DNA of 64,000 bases from Gammaproteobacteria bacterium (GTDB lineage: Bacteria; Pseudomonadota; Gammaproteobacteria; SpSt-1174), in NCBI GenBank assembly GCA_037388465.1, contig JARRKE010000006.1, forward strand, positions 2,853-66,852. Direction: 5' to 3'. Position 1 is the stretch's first letter; each line of letters starts with the position of its first letter. Below the pieces are notes generated by a model. The model had not been told where the DNA came from. It saw only the letters and a list, made by a program, of their open reading frames with translations, and did not search any database. The position numbers and the translations under genes were made by a program. This document shows positions 51,963-60,636 of this stretch, piece by piece.

Positions 51963-52844
51963 TCAGCAACCCACCAGCGTCGCATCGGCGGCGAGTTCGG
52001 CCAGTTCCTCGGCGCCGTCTGCACGCAGCAGCGCGTCCGCGCCGGCCTCGATGATTTCGATACCCTGGCGGGCGCAGTAACGCCGCTCCTTGGCGGTGGG
52101 TTCCGGGATCAGCGCCCAACCGCGCGGCTCGCCGGCATCGTAGGTGATGTCCGCCATGACCATGCGTTCCGTATCGCGGGTCAGGCGCAGACCGATGAAC
52201 AGATACTGTTTCGCCTGGCGATAGGACTTGAGAAACGAAGGGATCGCAAAGCCGCCCATCAGCTCGGTGATGTAATCCACGTAATCGGCATCGGAGGCGA
52301 TGAAGTTGGGTTCCGGCCGCGGCGTGCCCATGGGTTTGAACAGCACCGGCAGGCTGGTGTCGACGGCATCCAGTTTTATCTCGTGGTAGGCATTGCCATC
52401 CCACTGAAACAGCTTGAAGCGATATTCAGTGCCGCCGATGCGCGCGACGCCCACGACCAGGGTGTGGGGCGTATCGGCATAGGTGTCCTGCAGCTGCGTG
52501 TCGCGGTTGATGTCGATCACGTACGGCGGCTTGATGCCGGCCAGCCATGTGTGCACGGCCGAGCGGCTCCATGTCTGTTTTTCGTAAAGGTCGGTGAAAA
52601 AGCGGGTGACGTAGTTGCGCCCCGCCTTGAGTTCCAGGTGCATGGCGGCGCGCGGGAATTCGTACATCAGTCGCGGCGCCATGGGCTTGCCCTTGTTCAT
52701 GGCCAGGATCAGGCTGTCGCTGTCGGCGGGTACGGGATCTCCGGCGTCGTTGCGTGCGCCGTTCAGCGCGCCCGCGCCGAGGTAGGGGACGATGCGACCC
52801 GCGCGTACACCCTGGATCAATTCGGTCAGTTGAGCTTGGGACAT
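51963..52844 (-). CDS. SIR2-like (SIR2_2-type) NAD-binding-fold protein, possibly lacking the catalytic His
   Basis: 293 aa. GGAG lies 9 nt before ATG 52844. RIVPYLGAGAL, VIDINRD and FIASDADYVDY blocks resemble the GAGxS, TTNYD and DY blocks of SIR2_2 domains. The K[LI]HG position reads KPMG. Confidence 0.6.
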   Translation of the reverse strand: MSQAQLTELIQGVRAGRIVPYLGAGALNGARNDAGDPVPADSDSLILAMNKGKPMAPRLMYEFPRAAMHLELKAGRNYVTRFFTDLYEKQTWSRSAVHTWLAGIKPPYVIDINRDTQLQDTYADTPHTLVVGVARIGGTEYRFKLFQWDGNAYHEIKLDAVDTSLPVLFKPMGTPRPEPNFIASDADYVDYITELMGGFAIPSFLKSYRQAKQYLFIGLRLTRDTERMVMADITYDAGEPRGWALIPEPTAKERRYCARQGIEIIEAGADALLRADGAEELAELAADATLVGC

Positions 52845-52880
52845 GAGGCATGCTCCTTCACAGTGGATATGTGAAGCGCG

Positions 52881-52896
52881 TGCAAGAACCGGTCCA
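52881..52896 (-). promoter_or_regulatory. Candidate sigma-54 promoter of the SIR2-like gene
   Basis: The minus strand reads TGGACCggttcTTGCA with exact GG-N10-GC spacing, ~37 nt before the ATG. Confidence 0.5.
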
Positions 52897-52972
52897 GGGT
52901 ATGAATAACCGTAAAACCGCGTGATTGCGTGCGGTGGCCGGGGTGGTTGTCGAACACGGGCAAGGCATTGTC

Positions 52973-52988
52973 TGTCGCAAACGCGACA
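52973..52988. promoter_or_regulatory. NifA UAS-like palindrome upstream of the SIR2-like gene
   Basis: TGTCGCAAACGCGACA is a perfect TGT-N10-ACA and a 6-bp inverted repeat. It lies ~80 nt upstream of the -24 element and 9 nt after the draT stop. Confidence 0.5.
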
Positions 52989-52996
52989 AACGGCAT

Positions 52997-53830
52997 TCAG
53001 ACCGGCTCGATCTCGTACAGCCCGCCGAGCACCAGGTGTTCGTCCTCCCCGCCGAGGATGCCGGGCAGCAGGCCGGCGTAGTAGAACACCTTGGCCAGCG
53101 GCACCCGCACATTGATTACGGTGTCGCCGAATTCGTCCGCCCGTTCCGGGTCGGCGGTGAAAGAGTTGAGGTTGTTCAGCAGCACCACGCCGCCGCTCGT
53201 GCTGCGGCTCAGCCAGTCGTGTTCGCCGATGTCGTTGGTGCCGCGGTAAAGCGCGACCCAGCGGCGTTCGGGCTGTTGGCGCGCAAGTTCGTACTGGCAA
53301 TAGGTGTAGAGCAGGTCGAGTTGAGTTTCCAGGGCGTTGGTGTTGTAGGTGCCCAGCGCGCGTTCCTGCAGGTAATGCGTATCGTTGTCTCCGACGTCGC
53401 GACCCAGCGGGCCGCGGTGATAACGCGCCAGCAGACCGAAGCGCGATTCCACCCAGCCTTTCAGTACCGCGCCTTCGCGCCCCTCCGAGTCGAACATCCA
53501 GCCGCGCAGGATGCGCAGGTAGTTCGCCTTTGGTCGTGCATGGCCGGTGTCCGGCGTCAGCCCCGCGTCTTCCAGCGCCTCGAGACGAAAATGCACCGTC
53601 ATGTAGTCCATGTAGTGCTGCGCACGCGGCGCCGGTTCGGGCAAAGCATCCAATTGTTCGAACAGGTCGCGGTGCAGCTCGGCGATGCCATCGATGCTCA
53701 GTCGTGCCGGGTGGTGCTGAAAGGTGAGACTGCCGAGGACCTGGGCCGGCAGGTTGCAGTGGTTGATGGGCAGCCGCGCATCGGCGGGAAGTGTGGGCGC
53801 TGGCGGGCGTTCGAAACGGGGTGCGGTCAT
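52997..53830 (-). CDS. draT: NAD+--dinitrogen-reductase ADP-D-ribosyltransferase DraT
   Basis: YLRILRGWMFDSEGREGAVLKGWVESRFG, ETQLDLLY, LYRGTND and LNNLNSFT track R. rubrum DraT. Confidence 0.9.
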   Translation of the reverse strand: MTAPRFERPPAPTLPADARLPINHCNLPAQVLGSLTFQHHPARLSIDGIAELHRDLFEQLDALPEPAPRAQHYMDYMTVHFRLEALEDAGLTPDTGHARPKANYLRILRGWMFDSEGREGAVLKGWVESRFGLLARYHRGPLGRDVGDNDTHYLQERALGTYNTNALETQLDLLYTYCQYELARQQPERRWVALYRGTNDIGEHDWLSRSTSGGVVLLNNLNSFTADPERADEFGDTVINVRVPLAKVFYYAGLLPGILGGEDEHLVLGGLYEIEPV

Positions 53831-53845
53831 GTAGTCATCCGTACA
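53830..53845. promoter_or_regulatory. NifA UAS upstream of nifH (overlaps the draT start codon)
   Basis: TGTagtcatccgtACA lies ~100 nt upstream of the nifH -24 element. An AT-rich tract (53897..53918) lies between them. Confidence 0.65.
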
Positions 53846-53943
53846 GCAATGCCGTGTTTGTCGTAGATGCGACCAAGTTCCCGGCGGGGCATCTCTGTTA
53901 AAAAATATAGTTAAAACATGCCGTTATGGCAATGTTTCGATGG

Positions 53944-53959
53944 TGGCACGCTCCTTGCT
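53944..53959 (+). promoter_or_regulatory. Sigma-54 promoter of nifHDK
   Basis: TGGCACgctccTTGCT is a consensus -24/-12 element, 48 nt before the nifH ATG. Confidence 0.85.
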
Positions 53960-53994
53960 CAAACGGGGTTGACCTCAACCCATTATCCCATTGA

Positions 53995-54900
<906 letters not shown>

Positions 54901-54907
54901 CCTGGAA

Positions 54908-54958
54908 GTCGGACCGGCGGTCCCGCCGTGCGCGGCAGGGTCGCCGGCCCACTCCGAC
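54908..54958 (+). other. Extended GC-rich stem-loop in the nifH-nifD spacer
   Basis: Outer arms GTCGGA/TCCGAC and inner arms CCGGCG/CGCCGG, with further CCGC/GCGG pairing. No T-tract. Confidence 0.55.
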
Positions 54959-55018
54959 ATTCGACTTGTTTAACGCTCCGTCCACAGATTGGTGGCGGCG
55001 AAAACAGGAGATACGAAG

Positions 55019-56506
55019 ATGGCAGCAATGACCAGAGAAGAGACCGAAGCCCTCATTCAGGAGGTGCTCGAGGTCTATCCCGAGGAGGCGAAAAAGGACC
55101 GCGCCAAACACCTGGCCGTCAACGACCAGTCCGTGGAACAGTCCAAGAAGTGCATCACCTCCAACAAGAAATCCCTGCCCGGCGTGATGACCATCCGTGG
55201 TTGTGCCTACGCCGGCTCCAAGGGTGTGGTGTGGGGTCCCGTGAAGGACATGATCCACATCTCTCACGGCCCCGTCGGCTGCGGGCAGTACAGCCGCGCC
55301 GGACGCCGTAACTATTACATCGGCACCACCGGTGTGAACACCTTCGTCACCATGAACTTCACCTCGGACTTCCAGGAGAAGGACATCGTGTTCGGCGGCG
55401 ACAAGAAACTGGACAAGATGATCACCGAGATCGACCAGCTCTTCCCGCTGAACAAGGGCGTCACCATCCAGTCGGAATGCCCGATCGGTCTGATCGGCGA
55501 CGACATCGAGGCGGTGGCGAAGAAAAAGAACAAGGAAATCGGCAAGACCGTGGTTCCTGTTCGCTGCGAAGGATTCCGCGGCGTGTCTCAGTCCCTGGGG
55601 CATCACATCGCCAACGACTCGGTCCGTGACTGGGTGCTGGGTGCACGCGACGAAGACGACAGCTTCGAGAGCACGCCTTACGACGTGGCGGTTATCGGTG
55701 ACTACAACATCGGTGGTGACGCCTGGGCCTCCCGCACCCTGCTCGAAGAGATGGGGCTGCGCGTGGTCGCCCAGTGGTCCGGCGACGGTACGCTGTCCGA
55801 GATCGAGCTGACCCCCAAGGTCAAGCTCAACCTGGTGCACTGCTATCGCTCCATGAACTACATCTCGCGCCACATGGAAGAGAAGTACGGCATTCCGTGG
55901 ATGGAATACAACTTCTTCGGTCCGACCAAGATCGCCGAGAGCCTGCGCAAGATCGCCTCGTTCTTCGACGACAAGATCAAGGAAGGCGCCGAGCGCGTGA
56001 TCGAGAAGTACCAGGCCGAGTACGAGGCGGTAATCGCCAAGTATCGCCCGCGCCTGGAAGGCAAGCGGGTCATGCTGTACGTCGGCGGTCTGCGTCCGCG
56101 CCACACCATCGGCGCCTACGAGGACCTGGGCATGGAAGTGGTCGGTACCGGCTACGAGTTCGGTCACAACGACGACTACGACCGCACCGTCAAGGAAATG
56201 GGCAATGCCACGCTCCTGTACGACGACGTCACGGGTTACGAGTTCGAGGAATTCGTCAAACGCGTGAAGCCGGACCTGATCGGTTCGGGCATCAAGGAGA
56301 AGTACATCTTCCAGAAGATGGGCATCCCCTTCCGTCAGATGCACTCCTGGGATTACTCGGGTCCGTACCACGGCTACGACGGCTTCGCCATCTTCGCCCG
56401 CGACATGGACATGACCCTGAACAATCCTTGTTGGAATGCCATCCAGGCGCCCTGGAAAAAGGCCGCCGAGGAGGAAGAGGGTCAGCAGGCGGCTGCCGGA
56501 GCGTGA
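55019..56506 (+). CDS. nifD: Mo-nitrogenase MoFe protein alpha chain NifD
   Basis: AGGAG precedes ATG 55019. The ...[31 protein letters not shown]... and ...HCYRSMNY... ligand contexts are present. Confidence 0.97.
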   Translation: MAAMTREETEALIQEVLEVYPEEAKKDRAKHLAVNDQSVEQSKKCITSNKKSLPGVMTIRGCAYAGSKGVVWGPVKDMIHISHGPVGCGQYSRAGRRNYYIGTTGVNTFVTMNFTSDFQEKDIVFGGDKKLDKMITEIDQLFPLNKGVTIQSECPIGLIGDDIEAVAKKKNKEIGKTVVPVRCEGFRGVSQSLGHHIANDSVRDWVLGARDEDDSFESTPYDVAVIGDYNIGGDAWASRTLLEEMGLRVVAQWSGDGTLSEIELTPKVKLNLVHCYRSMNYISRHMEEKYGIPWMEYNFFGPTKIAESLRKIASFFDDKIKEGAERVIEKYQAEYEAVIAKYRPRLEGKRVMLYVGGLRPRHTIGAYEDLGMEVVGTGYEFGHNDDYDRTVKEMGNATLLYDDVTGYEFEEFVKRVKPDLIGSGIKEKYIFQKMGIPFRQMHSWDYSGPYHGYDGFAIFARDMDMTLNNPCWNAIQAPWKKAAEEEEGQQAAAGA

Positions 56507-56512
56507 TCAATC

Positions 56513-56545
56513 GCGGGTCGGGCCGAGCTCAGACGCCCGGCCCGC
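56513..56545 (+). other. GC-rich stem-loop in the nifD-nifK spacer
   Basis: GCGGGTCGGGC pairs with GCCCGGCCCGC (11 bp including one G-U). A weak ACGG/CCGT hairpin plus TTTTATT follows. Confidence 0.55.
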
Positions 56546-56627
56546 GAAACGGCAAACGAAAAACCGTTTTATTCATTGAACCCATAGACCGTCAGTCCAC
56601 GGATTAGTGGCGCGGCAGGAGGTTACC

Positions 56628-58199
56628 ATGAGTCAGGAAGTCGAGAACATCAAGCCAAGTTATCCCTTGTTCCGTGACGAGGATTACAAGGAGAACCTGG
56701 CCCGCAAGAAAGAGCAGTACGAGGAGTGTCATCCGCAGGACAAGATCCGCGAGGTCTTCGAGTGGACGACCACCAAGGAATACCAAGAGCTGAACTTCCA
56801 GCGCGAGGCATTGACCGTCAATCCGGCCAAGGCCTGCCAGCCGCTGGGTGCGGTGCTCTGCGCCCTGGGTTTCGAAAAGACCATGCCTTACGTGCACGGC
56901 AGCCAGGGCTGCGTGGCGTACTTCCGCACCTACTTCAACCGCCACTTCAAGGAGCCGATCTCCTGCGTGTCCGACTCCATGACGGAAGACGCGGCGGTGT
57001 TCGGCGGCCAGAAGAACATGTTCGCCGGCCTGGAAAACGCCAAGGCGCTGTACAAGCCCGAGATGATCGCGGTGAGCACCACCTGCATGGCCGAGGTGAT
57101 CGGCGACGACCTCAACGCCTTCATCGGTAACGCCAAGAAGGCCGGCAGCGTGCCGGAAGACTATCCCACGCCGTTCGCGCACACCCCGTCGTTCGTCGGC
57201 AGCCATGTCACCGGCTGGGACAACATGATGGAAGGCATCATGCGCTACTTCACCCTCAACTACATGGAGGGCAAGGAGGTCGGCAGCAACGGCAAGCTCA
57301 ACATCGTGCCGGGCTTCGAGACCTACCTGGGCAACTTCCGGGTGATCAAGCGCATGCTGTCCGAGATGGACGTGAACTACACCATGCTCTCCGATCCCGA
57401 GGAGGTGCTCGACACGCCGGCCGACGGCGAATACCGCATGTATGCGGGCGGCACCACCCTGGACGAGATCAAGGACGCGCCCAACGCCATCGACACGATG
57501 TTCCTGCAACCGTGGCAGTCCGACAAATCCACCAAGTTCGTCAAGAACACCTGGCAGCACGAAGCGGCCAAGCTCGAGATCCCCATGGGTCTGGAATGGA
57601 CCGACCAGTTCCTGATGAAGGTCTCCGAACTTACCGGCAAGCCCATCGCTGCCTCGCTGGAGAAGGAACGCGGCCGTCTGGTGGACATGATGACCGACTC
57701 CCATGCCTGGCTGCACGGCAAGCGTTACGCGCTGTGGGGCGACCCGGACTTCGTCATGGGCATGACCAAGTTCCTGCTGGAGCTCGGCGCCGAACCGGTG
57801 CACATCCTGTGCAACAACGCCAACAAGCGTTGGAAGAAGGCCATGGACAAGATCCTGGAGGACTCGCCCTACGGGCAGAACTCCACGGTCCACATCGGCA
57901 AGGACCTGTGGCACATGCGTTCGCTGGTGTTCACCGACAAGCCGGACTTCATGATCGGCAACTCGTACGGCAAGTTCATCCAGCGTGACACCATCACCAA
58001 GGGCAAGGAGTTCGAGGTGCCGTTGATCCGCATCGGCTTCCCGATCTTCGATCGTCATCACCTGCACCGGGATACGACCCTGGGTTACGAGGGCGCCATG
58101 CATGTCCTCAAGATCCTGGTCAACGCTGTCCTCGAACGACTGGACGAGGAAACCCGCGGTATGGGTACCACGGACTACAACTACGATCTGATTCGCTGA
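56628..58199 (+). CDS. nifK: Mo-nitrogenase MoFe protein beta chain NifK
   Basis: AGGAGG precedes ATG 56628. 523 aa. The ...NPAKACQPLGAV...HGSQGCVAY... P-cluster ligand context is present. Confidence 0.97.
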   Translation: MSQEVENIKPSYPLFRDEDYKENLARKKEQYEECHPQDKIREVFEWTTTKEYQELNFQREALTVNPAKACQPLGAVLCALGFEKTMPYVHGSQGCVAYFRTYFNRHFKEPISCVSDSMTEDAAVFGGQKNMFAGLENAKALYKPEMIAVSTTCMAEVIGDDLNAFIGNAKKAGSVPEDYPTPFAHTPSFVGSHVTGWDNMMEGIMRYFTLNYMEGKEVGSNGKLNIVPGFETYLGNFRVIKRMLSEMDVNYTMLSDPEEVLDTPADGEYRMYAGGTTLDEIKDAPNAIDTMFLQPWQSDKSTKFVKNTWQHEAAKLEIPMGLEWTDQFLMKVSELTGKPIAASLEKERGRLVDMMTDSHAWLHGKRYALWGDPDFVMGMTKFLLELGAEPVHILCNNANKRWKKAMDKILEDSPYGQNSTVHIGKDLWHMRSLVFTDKPDFMIGNSYGKFIQRDTITKGKEFEVPLIRIGFPIFDRHHLHRDTTLGYEGAMHVLKILVNAVLERLDEETRGMGTTDYNYDLIR

Positions 58200-58205
58200 T
58201 CGATC

Positions 58206-58233
58206 GGGCGCGGGCGGATTGCCGCCCGCGCCC
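58206..58233 (+). other. Perfect 12-bp GC hairpin immediately after nifK
   Basis: GGGCGCGGGCGG, loop attg, then CCGCCCGCGCCC. No T-tract. It lies 7 nt after the nifK stop and 25 nt before the nifT ATG. Confidence 0.75.
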
Positions 58234-58257
58234 AAGTGGTCCGAGAGGAGACCCAAG

Positions 58258-58470
58258 ATGCCGAAAGTGATGATCCGACGTGATGAGACCGGCGCCCTGA
58301 GCTTCTACGTCGCCAAGAAGGATCTGGAGGAGGCCGTGGTCTCCCTGGAGCACGACAGCCCCGAGAAGTGGGGCGGCGAGGTGGAGCTTGCAGACGGTTC
58401 CCGCTACGAGCTGGAACTGCTCGACGAGGCTCCGCGACTGCCGGTCACTTTGCGCGCCAAGCGTCTTTGA
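58258..58470 (+). CDS. nifT: NifT/FixU protein
   Basis: 70 aa. MPKVMIRRDE.G.LSFYVAKKDLEE.V pattern, positioned after nifK. Confidence 0.85.
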   Translation: MPKVMIRRDETGALSFYVAKKDLEEAVVSLEHDSPEKWGGEVELADGSRYELELLDEAPRLPVTLRAKRL

Positions 58471-58494
58471 GTAACGAACATAGGAGTATCAATC

Positions 58495-58695
58495 ATGGCC
58501 ATGTACATCGTAGCTGACGAATGCATTTCATGCGGTGACTGTGAGCCGGAGTGCCCGACCAACTCGATCAGCGAAGGCAAGATCGTGTTCGAGATCGACG
58601 CCGCCAGCTGCACCGAGTGCGAAGGCGATTTCGACACTCCCAAGTGCGTCGAGCTCTGCCCCATCGACAACTGCATTCTGCCGCTGGCTTCCTGA
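58495..58695 (+). CDS. 2[4Fe-4S] ferredoxin
   Basis: CISCGDCEPECP and CTECEGDFDTPKCVELCP motifs. 66 aa. Confidence 0.85.
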   Translation: MAMYIVADECISCGDCEPECPTNSISEGKIVFEIDAASCTECEGDFDTPKCVELCPIDNCILPLAS

Positions 58696-58704
58696 GGTGG
58701 CGTC

Positions 58705-59427
58705 ATGAGTGCCCAGCCGTTAACACGTGAGGTGGCGTTGCGTATCGGTCTGGCGGCCAAAGTGCTGCCGGGCGTCGATGCGCGGCGTCTGGTACAGGTG
58801 CTCAATGACAAGATTGGACAGCCGCTGACGGAACAGCGGTTGTCCAAGATTACGGTGACGCACCTGAAAACCGGTTTCGCCAGCCTGGACGGCGAAGAGG
58901 ACGGGGAAGACACCGGCATCGGCATGGAGTATCTGAAGCTGGCGGTGCGTTACCTGTGGGGCGAGGAGGTCGCCGGCCCGGACCTGCCGGCCACCCGACC
59001 CTACAGCGAGGGCGACATGCCCGGCTCGATCCGGGTTGCCGTTGCCTCGGGCGGCGGCGAGAACGTTGACGGCCACTTCGGTTCCTGCCCGTACTTCATG
59101 GTCTATCAGGTCAGCCCGGATGAAGTGCGTCTGATCGACGTGCGCGCGACCGACGAGGCCGAAACCGCCGACGACAGGAACGCATTCCGTGCCGGTTTGA
59201 TCGGCGACTGCCACGTGGCCTACATGCAGTCGGTGGGCGGTCCCGCCGCGGCCAAGATCGTGCGCGCCGGCATCCATCCCATCAAGCTGGCCGAAGGCGG
59301 CAACGCCATCGAGGTGCTGACCGAGCTGCAGTCGGTGATGGCCGGCACGCCGCCGCCGTGGCTGGCGAAGATCATCGGCATCCCGGCCGAGCAGCGGGTG
59401 CGTTTCGCCTCCGGGGAGGCGGGATGA
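58705..59427 (+). CDS. nifY: NifY/NafY-family FeMo-cofactor insertion chaperone
   Basis: An N-terminal NafY-type domain plus a NifX/NifY core (IRVAVASGGGENVDGHFGSCPYFMVYQV...). Positioned after nifT. Confidence 0.8.
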   Translation: MSAQPLTREVALRIGLAAKVLPGVDARRLVQVLNDKIGQPLTEQRLSKITVTHLKTGFASLDGEEDGEDTGIGMEYLKLAVRYLWGEEVAGPDLPATRPYSEGDMPGSIRVAVASGGGENVDGHFGSCPYFMVYQVSPDEVRLIDVRATDEAETADDRNAFRAGLIGDCHVAYMQSVGGPAAAKIVRAGIHPIKLAEGGNAIEVLTELQSVMAGTPPPWLAKIIGIPAEQRVRFASGEAG

Positions 59428-59699
59428 TCACGCCGGAACAGGTGGAGGGAATCGCCGACGGCCTGGCCGGCCAGGGCCTGGATGAATCCGCCGTATCCGC
59501 GCTGCGCGCGGCCTATCCGGATATTCACTTCACCTATTGTTCCGACGACGACATCGTCACCGGCAGTCCGGTGACGGCGCGGTCCGGTTTCAACGTCTAC
59601 CTCGTCGACGGTCGCGAGCACTGCCTGCAGCTTACCGGCGACTACGGTACCGCCACCGGTCTGGTGCTGGCCTATTGTGTAGACGAGGATGAAGACTGA
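59424..59699 (+). CDS. Small nif-cluster protein of unknown function (91 aa)
   Basis: ATGA overlap with the nifY stop. Coding-like bias. It corresponds positionally to the unnamed ORF after nifY in Azotobacter. Confidence 0.55.
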   Translation: MITPEQVEGIADGLAGQGLDESAVSALRAAYPDIHFTYCSDDDIVTGSPVTARSGFNVYLVDGREHCLQLTGDYGTATGLVLAYCVDEDED

Positions 59700-60486
59700 C
59701 TGTCCGGACCCTCTCATGGATACCGTTCCGCCGGACCCGTCATCCCTTCCCGACCGTACGCCCCGGGCCGACTGCAACGGCTGCGCCTATCAGGGCGTGC
59801 TGCTGTCGCGGCAGTTGTGCCGGCCGGGCGATGCCTGCGTGACGGTGGACAGCGGTCGGCAGATCGACCGCTTCTTTCGCGCCAATCCCGACCTCGCCGC
59901 CGGTTATCTGCATGACGCCTTCTGGGAGCGGCGCGCCATCGCCGTGCGCTATGCGCCGCAGGACCGTATCGCCGAGCTGGTCGACGATCCGGACGAGGCG
60001 GTGCGGCGCGCCGTCGCCTACCGCCTGCCGGTCGCACTGCTCGACAGGCTCGCCGGCGATTCGGACCGTGAGGTGCGTATCACCGTCGCCGACCGGCTGC
60101 CGGCGGATCAACTCGAATGCATGGTGCAGGACGACGACTACCTGGTGCGGACCTATGTGGCGCGCCGCCTGCCGGCGGGACGCCTGTTTCGCATGATTCG
60201 CGATCCCGACCGCCAGGTGCGCCAGGTGGTGGCCCAACGCCTGCCCGGGGTCAGCCTGATCTTCATGGCCGACGATCCGGAACCCGAGATCCGGCGCATC
60301 GTCGCCGGCCGCATCGGACCTGAGGCCGCCGCGTCCCTGCTCGACGATCCGGACTGGATCGTACGCCTCGCGGCGGTGGAGCGCGCCGCCCTGCCAGACC
60401 TGACGGCGGTGCTGAACGACCCCGAACCCGAGGTGCGTTCCGCGGCCCGCGAGCGCCTGATTCAGGCCGCCGCCAAATCCATCTGA
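59689..60486 (+). CDS. Leucine-rich-repeat-variant (LRV) protein with an N-terminal Cys cluster (4Fe-4S type)
   Basis: The N-terminus has CNGC...C.....C. It is followed by ~24-aa repeats of D(P/S)D.EVR..VA.RLP... form, as in the A. vinelandii LRV protein of the nif cluster. The start could be 59689 or 59716. Confidence 0.75.
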   Translation: MKTDCPDPLMDTVPPDPSSLPDRTPRADCNGCAYQGVLLSRQLCRPGDACVTVDSGRQIDRFFRANPDLAAGYLHDAFWERRAIAVRYAPQDRIAELVDDPDEAVRRAVAYRLPVALLDRLAGDSDREVRITVADRLPADQLECMVQDDDYLVRTYVARRLPAGRLFRMIRDPDRQVRQVVAQRLPGVSLIFMADDPEPEIRRIVAGRIGPEAAASLLDDPDWIVRLAAVERAALPDLTAVLNDPEPEVRSAARERLIQAAAKSI

Positions 60487-60520
60487 GTCTTGTCGTATCT
60501 GCGGCGTCGCAAACGACGCT

Positions 60521-60536
60521 TGTCGCATTCCCTACA
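60521..60536. promoter_or_regulatory. NifA UAS upstream of nifE
   Basis: TGTcgcattccctACA (TGT-N10-ACA). Confidence 0.6.
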
Positions 60537-60550
60537 TAGCGCGCTTCACT

Positions 60551-60563
60551 TAACTTATTGATT
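60551..60563 (-). promoter_or_regulatory. IHF-binding-site match between the UAS and the nifE promoter
   Basis: The minus strand reads AATCAATAAGTTA, which matches WATCAANNNNTTR. It lies within an AT-rich tract. Confidence 0.5.
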
Positions 60564-60581
60564 TAACGATAATAATGATCG

Positions 60582-60597
60582 TGGCACGCGGCTTGCA
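60582..60597 (+). promoter_or_regulatory. Sigma-54 promoter of nifENX
   Basis: TGGCACgcggcTTGCA is a perfect consensus, 40 nt before the nifE ATG. Confidence 0.85.
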
Positions 60598-60636
60598 ATC
60601 TCTCCTGTGACAGGAACCTGTGCACGGGGAGCGGAC

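Noticed and set aside
59980-60460. ~72-nt periodicity that could be mistaken for a repeat array or CRISPR.
   Set aside because: The periodicity is in-frame and corresponds to the 24-aa LRV protein repeats. The units are diverged at the DNA level and have no spacer/repeat alternation. The same applies to the ~93-nt HEAT periodicity in 25650..26900.
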